Shown here piece after piece: positions 49,642-59,499 of a stretch of 64,000 bases of DNA. A program made the translations under genes and the position numbers. The stretch covers positions 1,216,001 through 1,280,000 of the forward strand of contig CBDCXM010000009.1 in assembly GCA_965223855.1 (NCBI GenBank). The letters are read 5' to 3'. The DNA is from Candidatus Multivoradales bacterium. Its GTDB lineage: Bacteria > Acidobacteriota > Thermoanaerobaculia > Multivoradales > JAHEKO01. The notes under the pieces are model-generated. The model saw nothing but the letters and a program-made list of their open reading frames with translations. It was not told the DNA's origin and ran no database searches. Position 1 is the first letter of the stretch. Each line of letters opens with the position of its first letter.

Positions 49642-50601
49642 TCAGGGCATGGAGTCGCGTGTCTTCGGCGTCGGCAGGTCGAGCGGGTCGGTCTCCGTCA
49701 CGACCTGAGCACGGCTGACCCGATTGCGGCCCGCGCGTTTCGCCTCGTACATCGCCTGATCCGCGGCCTCGAGCAGCCGGTCCGGCTTGGTGTTCTCGTC
49801 CGGGAAGGCCGTCAGCACGCCGATCGAGAGCGAGAGCTTGGTGTCCTTCAGCTCCGGGGTGTCGACGCCGAGCGTCTCGACCCGCGACCGGACCCGCTCT
49901 GCGGCGCGGTCCGATTCGTCCTCTTCGCTCAGAGGAAGCAGGGCGACGAACTCGTCGCCCCCGTAGCGCGCGACGATCGACTCGCCGCGCAGGTTGTCGC
50001 GCAGCGTGGTGCTGACGGCGCGCAGGACCTTGTCGCCGACCTTGTGGCCGAACTTGTCGTTGATCTCCTTGAAGTGATCGACGTCGGCGATCAGCAGGCT
50101 CAGCGGGGCCTCGTGCCGCTGTGTCCGCAGGATCTCGCGCTCGAGGGCCTCGTCGAAGTAACGCCGCGAGTAGGTCCCGGTGACCGGGTCGTGGAAAGCG
50201 AGCCGGAAGACCTCCTGGTAGAAGGGAGTCTCCGCGCTGTCCGCCTCGAGGTACTTGAACGTCGCCTTGCCGACCTGAAGGATGTCGCCGTCGGACAGAC
50301 GCGCGCGCCGGACGACCTTCGAGTTGAGGATGCAGCCGTTGCGGCTGCCGCGATCTCTCAGGCGGGCTTCACCCTTCAGCAGCAGGATCTCCGTGTGCTC
50401 CCGCGAGACCCACGGGTCGCGCAGCACGATCTCGTTGTTGGCGTTTCCTCTGCCGATACGGGTGACCTCCTGGGTGAGGGGAAAGAAGCGCACGGCCCCA
50501 GGCCCCGCCAACTGCACCAGGATCGGTGGTTCGTCGGAGGGGGCGAGGTCGTCGAGGTCGAGCCGCATCGTGCGGCCCGCGGTTGTCTTGCTGTCGCCCA
50601 T
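49642..50601 (-). CDS. FHA-GGDEF diguanylate cyclase
   Basis: FHA motifs IGR...VSREH...SRNG. GGDEF motifs DVDHFKEIND.FGH.VGD, RYGGDEF, ADQAMYEAKRAGRN. Confidence 0.93.
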   Translation of the reverse strand: MGDSKTTAGRTMRLDLDDLAPSDEPPILVQLAGPGAVRFFPLTQEVTRIGRGNANNEIVLRDPWVSREHTEILLLKGEARLRDRGSRNGCILNSKVVRRARLSDGDILQVGKATFKYLEADSAETPFYQEVFRLAFHDPVTGTYSRRYFDEALEREILRTQRHEAPLSLLIADVDHFKEINDKFGHKVGDKVLRAVSTTLRDNLRGESIVARYGGDEFVALLPLSEEDESDRAAERVRSRVETLGVDTPELKDTKLSLSIGVLTAFPDENTKPDRLLEAADQAMYEAKRAGRNRVSRAQVVTETDPLDLPTPKTRDSMP

Positions 50602-50679
50602 CGCCGTTCGGAGAATCGACCAACGATAGCAGGCGGTGCACCCTTACCGGACCGAGCGCTCGCGCGCTCCGCCAACGGG

Positions 50680-51495
50680 TCAGGTCTCGGCGAGGAGGAC
50701 GATCCTCTCGCGGCTCGACACCACGACGCCGCCGGGAGGCTCGACGGTGACGGCGAAGAGATAGGCGTCGCTCACGCCGACGGGAGTGGTGATCGGGATC
50801 ACCGCTTCCGTACCGTCCTGCGGCATGTCGAAGACGCCGCCATCGACCGGGTAGCGCTCGTCACGGTCGCGGTCGAAGACCCAGAGCTGATACTGCTGCG
50901 AGGCCGGATCGTTGGCTTCGAGATTGCGGATTCGCAGGTACCCCTCACCCCGCTCCTGGTTCCAGACGACGTCTCCCTCGGCGTCAGCGGCCGCGGGGTC
51001 TTCGGTGGCGGTCCAGGCGATCTGGCGCGTTCGGGCGACCTGCAGGAGCTCGACTCGCCTCTCGGCCGCCGTCCGTTCGGTGACGAGTGTCTCGGTGGCG
51101 GGCACCTCGACGGCCAAGGTGTCGCTCGGACCCGTCAGGCGAGGCCACCAGCCGGCGAGTGCCAGGACGAGGGCGGCCGCCGCCGCCCACCAGGCGGTGC
51201 GCGTCGCCGCGGGAGGTGTTGGTTCGGTCGCGAAGTCGAGCACGCGAGCGGTGGATCCCGAGTCGTCGGACTGTGAGCCGGGGGCGGCCGCGATCAGTCG
51301 CTCCCTGAGAGCGTGCGGCAGCGGGTCTTCGGTCCCGGCGTGAGCGAACGCCTGGTGGATCGCCGCGGCGGCCACGTCGAAGGTCCTGTCGTCACCATGC
51401 TCGACGAGCAGGGGCCGCAGTTCCTCGGCCTCGCGGGCGTCGAGGTCGGCGGTCGCCCGTGCCACGAGCAGCTCGTCGAATCGCTGCCGGCTCAC
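50680..51495 (-). CDS. Anti-sigma factor, RskA family
   Basis: GTG start overlaps the sigma stop. One TM helix (WWAAAAALVLALAGWW), QYQLW, FAVTVEPPGG. Confidence 0.88.
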   Translation of the reverse strand: MSRQRFDELLVARATADLDAREAEELRPLLVEHGDDRTFDVAAAAIHQAFAHAGTEDPLPHALRERLIAAAPGSQSDDSGSTARVLDFATEPTPPAATRTAWWAAAAALVLALAGWWPRLTGPSDTLAVEVPATETLVTERTAAERRVELLQVARTRQIAWTATEDPAAADAEGDVVWNQERGEGYLRIRNLEANDPASQQYQLWVFDRDRDERYPVDGGVFDMPQDGTEAVIPITTPVGVSDAYLFAVTVEPPGGVVVSSRERIVLLAET

Positions 51496-52043
51496 GGCGT
51501 CACCGCCTGACTTTCGAGGCTCGTCAATCGCTCCCGTACCTTGTTCAGGCCGCGGAAGATGTGGGATTTGACCGTCCCCAGCGGCAGATCGACGCTGTTC
51601 GCGATCTCGCTGTGAGTCATGCCGTAGTAGATCGACAGCTCGAGAACGCGGCGCTGCTCCGGTCGCAGCTCGTGCAGGATCTCGGCCGCCACCTGCGCCT
51701 CGACCGAAGCCTGCATCCGGACATGCTCGTCGTCGGCGGGCTCGATCTCGACCTCGGGCGGCAGATCGACCCACTGGGGTCGGCGCTGCTCCTTGCGAAG
51801 CCGGTCGATCATCTTGCGGCGGGCGATCATCGTGACGAAGGTCTTCTCGGAGGCCAGCGAGGGGTCGAACTTCGCGGCGTTCTTCCAGACGGCGACGAAC
51901 GCTTCCTGAACCGAGTCTTCGGCCTCTTCGGTCGAGCGATGGAACCGCCTGGCGATCGACCACAGCAGCCCGCCGTAGTGGTCGATGCACTCGCGCACCG
52001 CGTCGGGGTCACCTGCGGCGATCCTGGGGAGGAAGGTTTCCAT
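51492..52043 (-). CDS. ECF sigma factor (SigK-like)
   Basis: AEDSVQEAF..VW, IARRKMIDRLRK, YYGMTHSEIA....PLGTVKSHIFRGL. Start at ATG 52043. Confidence 0.92.
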   Translation of the reverse strand: METFLPRIAAGDPDAVRECIDHYGGLLWSIARRFHRSTEEAEDSVQEAFVAVWKNAAKFDPSLASEKTFVTMIARRKMIDRLRKEQRRPQWVDLPPEVEIEPADDEHVRMQASVEAQVAAEILHELRPEQRRVLELSIYYGMTHSEIANSVDLPLGTVKSHIFRGLNKVRERLTSLESQAVTP

Positions 52044-52136
52044 CGGGACTTGCGAGACGTTATCGCGAAGTCGAACAAGAGAGAAAACGGCGCCGCGGGG
52101 CGAGGAGGACATCCCCACGGCGCCTGGGAAGGCAGG

Positions 52137-52643
52137 TCAGGGCATGAGGACGGTGTCGATGACGTGAATGACACCGTTCGAGGCCTCGACGTCGACGGCG
52201 ACGACGTTGGAGTCGTTGACGCGCACGGCGCCGTCCTCGGCGGTGAAGCTGATCTCGCCGCCCTGGAGTGTGGTGGCTCCGGCGCTGGCGACGACGTCAC
52301 CGGAAGCGAGCGAACCGGCGACCACGTGGTAGGTGAGGATGCTCTTGAGCTTGTCGAGGTTCTCGGGCTCGAGCAGCATCTCGACCGTGCCCTCGGGAAG
52401 CTTGGCGAACGCCTCGTCGGTCGGCGCGAAGACGGTGAAGGGGCCGTCGCCCTTGAGCGCATCGACCAGGCCGGCCGCGTCGAGCGCGGCTGCCAGGGTG
52501 CCGAACGAGCCGGCGGCGACGGCGGTGTCGACGATGTCGCCCTTGATCGACGATTCGTCGGACTTCGAGTGGTGTCCGGCGCCGGCTACGGCGGCGACCA
52601 GGAGGAGGGAGAGGCTGAGGATGGTGATTCTGGAACGAAGCAA
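52137..52643 (-). CDS. Fasciclin (FAS1) domain secreted protein
   Basis: [40 protein letters not shown] start with AAGGAG RBS. Confidence 0.95.
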   Translation of the reverse strand: MLRSRITILSLSLLLVAAVAGAGHHSKSDESSIKGDIVDTAVAAGSFGTLAAALDAAGLVDALKGDGPFTVFAPTDEAFAKLPEGTVEMLLEPENLDKLKSILTYHVVAGSLASGDVVASAGATTLQGGEISFTAEDGAVRVNDSNVVAVDVEASNGVIHVIDTVLMP

Positions 52644-52716
52644 GGTAGGTCTCCTTGTGGGTGGGATGTTTGGGAACTGCGTTTGGAAGGTGCGAGCCCG
52701 GGCGCTCGTCGGTTAG

Positions 52717-52742
52717 TTCGCCGCTGTGGCAGAAACGGTTGC
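52717..52742 (-). promoter_or_regulatory. Putative ECF promoter for the fasciclin-sigma-antisigma operon
   Basis: Minus strand reads GCAACC-N16-CGAA, an AAC/CGAA ECF-type bipartite motif. Confidence 0.45.
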
Positions 52743-52792
52743 GAGACCGGTGCTCCCTGAGGGGTGCAACCTTGAGAGTTTGGTGCCGTAAG

Positions 52793-52816
52793 ATACCTTG
52801 CGATGCAAGATATAAT
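52793..52816 (+). promoter_or_regulatory. Putative PadR operator overlapping a -10 box
   Basis: Inverted repeat ATAC-CTTGC-GAT-GCAAG-ATAT overlapping a perfect TATAAT (52811-52816) upstream of the PadR gene. Confidence 0.6.
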
Positions 52817-52844
52817 GCACAGCCTCAGAGTGGAGAGACCGTTC

Positions 52845-53204
52845 ATGACCGACCAACCGACACGGGAGCCCTGGCAGGAACAGCTGCGCCGCGGCGGGCT
52901 CGAGCTGGTGATCCTGCTCGCCGTCGCCGAGCGGCCACGCTACGGGCTCGAGATCATCCGCCACCTCGAGGAGGCCACCGACCTCGTCGTGACGGAGGGG
53001 ACGATCTACCCGATCCTCGGGCGCCTCACACGGCGCGGCCTGGCGGCGACCGAGTGGGTTCACGGGGAGAGCCCCCACCCGCGAAAGTACTACCGCCTGA
53101 CGGCCGACGGCGAGGCGGCCCTGACGGCGATGATCGACTACTGGAGCGACTACCGAGACAAGATCGACCGGCTCATCGAGGCCGGAAAAAGGAGACAGCG
53201 ATGA
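52845..53204 (+). CDS. PadR family transcriptional regulator
   Basis: QLRRGGLELVIL...YGLEI...EGTIYPIL.RL...RKYYRLTADG. Confidence 0.93.
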   Translation: MTDQPTREPWQEQLRRGGLELVILLAVAERPRYGLEIIRHLEEATDLVVTEGTIYPILGRLTRRGLAATEWVHGESPHPRKYYRLTADGEAALTAMIDYWSDYRDKIDRLIEAGKRRQR

Positions 53205-53839
53205 GACTCACCGATACCGGCGAAGCGCGGGTGCGCGGCTACCTTTTCGTCCTCAAGCGCTCGCTCGAGGCCTCCCTGCCTCCGGCCTCCGTGGCCGACT
53301 CGATGCAGGAGCTCGAAGGGCATCTGCGGGAGCGGATCGACGAGATCGATCCCGACCCGGACGAGCGGACCGCGCTCGAGAACCTTCTCGCTCGGATCGG
53401 CCAGCCGCTCGAGGTGGCTCGTGCCTACTCCGGCGAACTCCTGATCGATCAGGCGGTGGCGAGCGGCCGCTTCGTCACCACCGTCCGAGCGTTCTGGCAT
53501 CTCGCCACGACCACCGTGATCGGATTCCTTCAGGCGCTCCCGCTGCTGTTCGGCTACAGCATCGGCGCGTCGCTGTTTGCCGTCGCCGCCCTGAAGCCGG
53601 TCTTCCCCGACAACGTCGGCCTGATCGTCCAGGACGGCGTCCCTCGAGCGTTCGGGTTCGTGAGCGATCTAAGTGCGGGAGCCGAAGTGAGGGGAGGCTA
53701 CTGGGTGATCCCGATCGCTCTCGCGCTCGGACTCGGCCTGCTGGTGCTGACGCACGGCTGGGCGAAGCGCACCCTCCTCGCCTGCCAGGCAAAGAGGGCG
53801 GGAGCGGCGATCGCCCGGCTCGCGACCGGGCGGGAGTGA
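53201..53839 (+). CDS. HAAS/DUF1700-like membrane protein
   Basis: ATGA overlap with the PadR gene. YL..L...L...ELE.HL.E...IGQP.EVARAY followed by TM helices. Confidence 0.75.
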   Translation: MRLTDTGEARVRGYLFVLKRSLEASLPPASVADSMQELEGHLRERIDEIDPDPDERTALENLLARIGQPLEVARAYSGELLIDQAVASGRFVTTVRAFWHLATTTVIGFLQALPLLFGYSIGASLFAVAALKPVFPDNVGLIVQDGVPRAFGFVSDLSAGAEVRGGYWVIPIALALGLGLLVLTHGWAKRTLLACQAKRAGAAIARLATGRE

Positions 53840-53849
53840 GCGCGGCGGG

Positions 53850-55652
<1,803 letters not shown>

Positions 55653-55676
55653 CTCGGGCTCCCTTCGTCAGGCAAC

Positions 55677-55701
55677 AACGCGTCACTTGGGATTCGGTTC
55701 C
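55677..55701 (-). promoter_or_regulatory. Putative ECF promoter for the serine hydrolase
   Basis: Minus strand reads GGAAC-N17-GTT, 24 nt upstream of the ATG. Confidence 0.45.
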
Positions 55702-55909
55702 CTCGAGAAGGGCTATCGCACCGAGGCAGGCGCCGCCGACGGCCGGTGCGAAGAGTCCCCGTTGCGGCCGGGGGCCGACGGCCCTCGCGGTACGCCGGAG
55801 TGCTCGTGGCGCCCCGAGGGTGACCCGAAACGCGGTCACTCACGCTGGGGGACGGCCGGTCGGGACACCCGAGGCGAAAGGCGGGAGGGGTGCCGAAGAG
55901 GATCTCCGA

Positions 55910-56479
55910 CTAGGAGCCGCCCTCGAGCCCGCTGAACTCCTCGAACGATCCGCCGAAGAGGAAGAAGCGGATGGAGCCGATCAGCAGCAGGATCGCGGTG
56001 GCGATCGCCAGGGTGACGATCAACCTGCCTGCGATCGGTCGCCGATGCACGGTCCAGGCGATCGCGAGCAACGACGGCACGGCGAGGGGAGCGTTCCGCG
56101 GCCCGCTGAGAAGCAGCGCGGCCACCAGCACGGCGTGCACGATCAGCGTGGTCCGCCGGGTCGCGGCATCGTCGGCGAAGCGCAGTCCGTGCGCGGCGAC
56201 GAAGAGGGCCGGCACGATGAGAGCGACGCCGATCGCGTAGACCACGATCGGGCTGGCCCGCAGAGACCCGTCGAGCGCCAGCAGGGTCACGGCCAGCAGG
56301 TGCCCGAACGCCATCACGGCGATGAACACGCCGGAGAAGGCGCTCATCGCGGCGGTGATGCGCGCCCGCCGATCGAGATCGTCGTTCCTCAGCACGGCCA
56401 GGGCGGCGACGATCCCCAGCAGGGCCGACGGTGCGATCCAGCGGCTTTCGGTGGTGAGGGCTGCGACGAGGTCACTCAT
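55910..56479 (-). CDS. Hypothetical multi-pass membrane protein
   Basis: Five to six hydrophobic segments. Starts 6 nt after the upstream gene's stop. Confidence 0.75.
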   Translation of the reverse strand: MSDLVAALTTESRWIAPSALLGIVAALAVLRNDDLDRRARITAAMSAFSGVFIAVMAFGHLLAVTLLALDGSLRASPIVVYAIGVALIVPALFVAAHGLRFADDAATRRTTLIVHAVLVAALLLSGPRNAPLAVPSLLAIAWTVHRRPIAGRLIVTLAIATAILLLIGSIRFFLFGGSFEEFSGLEGGS

Positions 56480-56485
56480 CGCCGG

Positions 56486-57718
56486 TCAGGGAACGGTCGT
56501 CGACCAGGCGCTCGTGTCGCCGGTTTCGAAGCCGTCGGCGAAGAAGCGGTTGCTGAAGGTCTGCCCGAAGAGATTCGCGTTCCCGTCCTCGGTCAGCAGG
56601 ACGATAGTTGAGGGGTCGTTGCGAGTCGCGACCACGCCTCTGAGGAATGCGTCGAAGAAGGGAATCGGGAAGCTGGAGATGAAACCCGCCGAACTGTCCA
56701 GGATGATGCCCCTGTTTCCCCCCAGCTCGAGAGGATAGGACTCGCTATCGACCACGACGAACTCTCCCGCCGGCACCATCGACGAGTACGCCTGGGAGGT
56801 GAAGGTCTGGATTATCCTGGTGGGGCCGACGTCGCCCGCCGCCGTCGTGACGCGTGCCTTCGCACTCCGGTACCCGAACGCGTAGTGCTGGTTCCAGACA
56901 ACGACGAAGTCGTTCCCCGGAGTAACGTGGGCTTCGGGGCTCCAGGCGGTGTCGTAGTCATAAGGTCCGGGACTCGACATCTGGAAGCTAGGGCCGAGGG
57001 GCTCGCCCGTAGAGGAGAATCGCCGTTGAAAGACCACGGCCGGCGGTAGCCCTTCGGTCGCCTCGTAGTCAGTCCAGGCGACACCGAACCCTCCGTCCGA
57101 GAAGAGCCCTCCCGACACGTCAGCGGAGAAGTGCGGTGGCACGGTCAGGATGTCGACCGCGACCTCGGGCAGTACCGGGTCGCCGGCCGAGTCGAAGGTG
57201 GCCGCCAGGATCTCAGCTTCGGTGTTGTATCCCCAGCTCACCAGGAAGTCGCCATCGGCGGTCCTGCTGACCGACGGGCCGGTCAGCCCGCCGAGCTGGG
57301 TCTGGTTGATCTGAAACTCTCCCCCGAGGGCAGTCCCGTCGACTCCGAACCGCCGGGCGAAGATCGCCGGCTGGCCCCCAGGGTAGTTCCGCCACACCAC
57401 TACGAAGTTGCCGGACGCGTCGGTGGCGACGTCCGGACGCCGTTGCGTGCCTGTGGTGCTCTCGTTGACCCCGAACTCGTCGGTCAAAGGCACTCCGAAG
57501 TCGGAGAAGCGACGAGCACGAACGCCGTGGCCGTCACCGTCGGGCCCGAGGGCCGACCAGACGACGATGAACGTCCCGTCACCTTGAGCCGCCGCTCGTG
57601 GGTCGTCCTGGCCCGATCCGGTCTCCTGGGCGATCTGGAAAGGGTCGCCGGTTGGAACCTGGGCAATCGCGGACGGAGCCAGGAAGATCGCCCACAGAAG
57701 AGCACTGGCCTTACGCAT
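56486..57718 (-). CDS. Secreted beta-repeat protein (EF.VN..T...Q / FVVVW repeats) with C-terminal FADGFE tag
   Basis: Signal peptide from ATG 57718, repeats such as EFGVNESTTGTQ..P.VA.D.SGNFVVVW, ending FFADGFETGDTSAWSTTVP. Confidence 0.82.
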   Translation of the reverse strand: MRKASALLWAIFLAPSAIAQVPTGDPFQIAQETGSGQDDPRAAAQGDGTFIVVWSALGPDGDGHGVRARRFSDFGVPLTDEFGVNESTTGTQRRPDVATDASGNFVVVWRNYPGGQPAIFARRFGVDGTALGGEFQINQTQLGGLTGPSVSRTADGDFLVSWGYNTEAEILAATFDSAGDPVLPEVAVDILTVPPHFSADVSGGLFSDGGFGVAWTDYEATEGLPPAVVFQRRFSSTGEPLGPSFQMSSPGPYDYDTAWSPEAHVTPGNDFVVVWNQHYAFGYRSAKARVTTAAGDVGPTRIIQTFTSQAYSSMVPAGEFVVVDSESYPLELGGNRGIILDSSAGFISSFPIPFFDAFLRGVVATRNDPSTIVLLTEDGNANLFGQTFSNRFFADGFETGDTSAWSTTVP

Positions 57719-57777
57719 GGCTATCGAGGAGACAGTAGCACCAGTCACTTCTCATCCGAGCCGAAGCCGGGCAGGGC

Positions 57778-58152
57778 TCACGACTCGAGGTAGTCGTCGG
57801 GGATCGGCAGCCCCTGCGCGCGGAAGAACGTCAACTGATCGAAGTAGCCGGTCTGCCGCACGATCTTCCCGTCGCGGATCTCGAAGAACCCGCATCCGCG
57901 CAGGCCGATCGGGTCGCGCCAGCGCAGGATCGCCGTGTCGCCGCAGTCGTAGAGCAGCTCCTCGATGCAGACCATCTCGGCCCGCGCGAACTCGACGGCG
58001 AACATCTCGCGAATCTCGGCTCGGCCGTTCAACGGCCGCGAGAACACCACCTGGTCGTTGATCGCGTCCTCGGCGTAGAGCTCCGCCAGGCCGTCGGCGT
58101 CGCCGGCGTTGAAGAGCTCGATCCATCGGCGGACCAGTTCGGTGGCAGTCAT
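57778..58152 (-). CDS. SnoaL-like / NTF2 family protein
   Basis: VRRWIELFNAGDADGLAELYAEDA...LRGCGFF.IRDGKI..Q.GYFD. Confidence 0.88.
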   Translation of the reverse strand: MTATELVRRWIELFNAGDADGLAELYAEDAINDQVVFSRPLNGRAEIREMFAVEFARAEMVCIEELLYDCGDTAILRWRDPIGLRGCGFFEIRDGKIVRQTGYFDQLTFFRAQGLPIPDDYLES

Positions 58153-58166
58153 CACTCTTTCCGATG

Positions 58167-59384
58167 TCAGGGTACCGCGATCGGCCAGTTGCTGGTGTCC
58201 CCGCTTTCGAAGCCGTCGGCGAAGACCTGGTTGATGAACCTCTGTCCCATGAGGTTGCCGCTGTAGTCCTCCCAGAAGACGACGAACTCCGCCGGGTCGT
58301 CGCCGTTGGCGAAGGCACTCAGGAGGTAGCCCTGGAATGAGGGAACCTCGAACTCAGTGATCGGATCCCCCTCGGCGTCGAAGGTCGTACCACCGCGCTT
58401 CGGGTTCGAGTAGTAGCTGGTTCGCGCGACGACGAACTCTCCGGACGGCACCATCGAAAAGGAGGAGTAGTTGCTGACCGGCTCCAAAACCTTGACGGGG
58501 CCGACGATACCTGCGTTGTCGGTCTTGCGTCCCTGCACGTTCCCCCATTCGAGGAACAACTGCTGACCCCACGCCACGAAGAACTCTCCGTTCTCGGCCA
58601 CCCCGATCCGCCCTCCCGCCGAGTCCTGGCCCCAGTCCGTACCCGGGACAGAGAGTTGGAACGGGTCTGCGGTCGGGTCACCCGAGGTATCGAAGACCTG
58701 CTGGAAAACCTCCGTGGCCTCGAAGTCTCCGTGGTCGATGAGGGAAGTCCACACCACCACGAAACTCCGGTCGGGCCGCAACGCGACCGTGGTTCCGAAC
58801 TCGGAAGGGAGGTCGGGATCACTGATGACGAACGGCGGCTCGATCACCTGGCCGTGCGCGTCGAAGGACGCAGCGAAGTCTTCATCGCCATCGACATCGC
58901 TCCACGCCACGAGGAAGTCGCCGTCGGCATGCCTGCTGAGACTCGGCCGCCTGACCGTCGTTTCATCCTGGCTGACCTGCAGGTCACTCGATGTCGGCGA
59001 GCCATCGAAAGCGAAGAGGCGAGCGAAGAGCGTGGTGACGTTTGCCTGCCAAGGCAGCCAGGTGACGACGAAGTTCCCGTCCGAATCGGCCGCGATCCTC
59101 GGCCGGTTCTGGTGCCCAGAGGTGACCTGGTTGATGCCGAACTCGTCCGTGAGGGCTTCACCGTCCCTGGAGAAACGTCGCCCTCGAATCGAGCCGTAGT
59201 CGCCGTCGGCTCCAAGGACCGACCAGACGACCACGAAAGCCCCGTCGGGCTGGGCGGCGGCGACTTGCTCCGACTGCCGGTTCTCGGTGAACTGGGCGAT
59301 CGGGAACGCGTCGCCGACCGGAGTTTGAGCGTCGGTCGCTGTTCCGAGGAGAATCCCGGTGAGAAGGGCAGGAGTCCAGCGCAT
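58167..59384 (-). CDS. Secreted beta-repeat protein, paralogue of 56486-57718, with C-terminal FADGFE tag
   Basis: Collinear similarity with the paralogue (AAAQPDGAFVVVWSVLGADGD vs AAAQGDGTFIVVWSALGPDGD; SMVPSGEFVV vs SMVPAGEFVV). Ends VFADGFESGDTSNWPIAVP. Confidence 0.82.
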   Translation of the reverse strand: MRWTPALLTGILLGTATDAQTPVGDAFPIAQFTENRQSEQVAAAQPDGAFVVVWSVLGADGDYGSIRGRRFSRDGEALTDEFGINQVTSGHQNRPRIAADSDGNFVVTWLPWQANVTTLFARLFAFDGSPTSSDLQVSQDETTVRRPSLSRHADGDFLVAWSDVDGDEDFAASFDAHGQVIEPPFVISDPDLPSEFGTTVALRPDRSFVVVWTSLIDHGDFEATEVFQQVFDTSGDPTADPFQLSVPGTDWGQDSAGGRIGVAENGEFFVAWGQQLFLEWGNVQGRKTDNAGIVGPVKVLEPVSNYSSFSMVPSGEFVVARTSYYSNPKRGGTTFDAEGDPITEFEVPSFQGYLLSAFANGDDPAEFVVFWEDYSGNLMGQRFINQVFADGFESGDTSNWPIAVP

Positions 59385-59499
59385 GACTCACGCAGGAGCG
59401 TAGCACCAGGTCACGAGCCCGACCGATCCACTCCTGCGCCCGCCTGGCTGAGGCGATGGGGCTGTAGCCCGGCTTCGGGGCGATCCGTATCCGGCAGCC

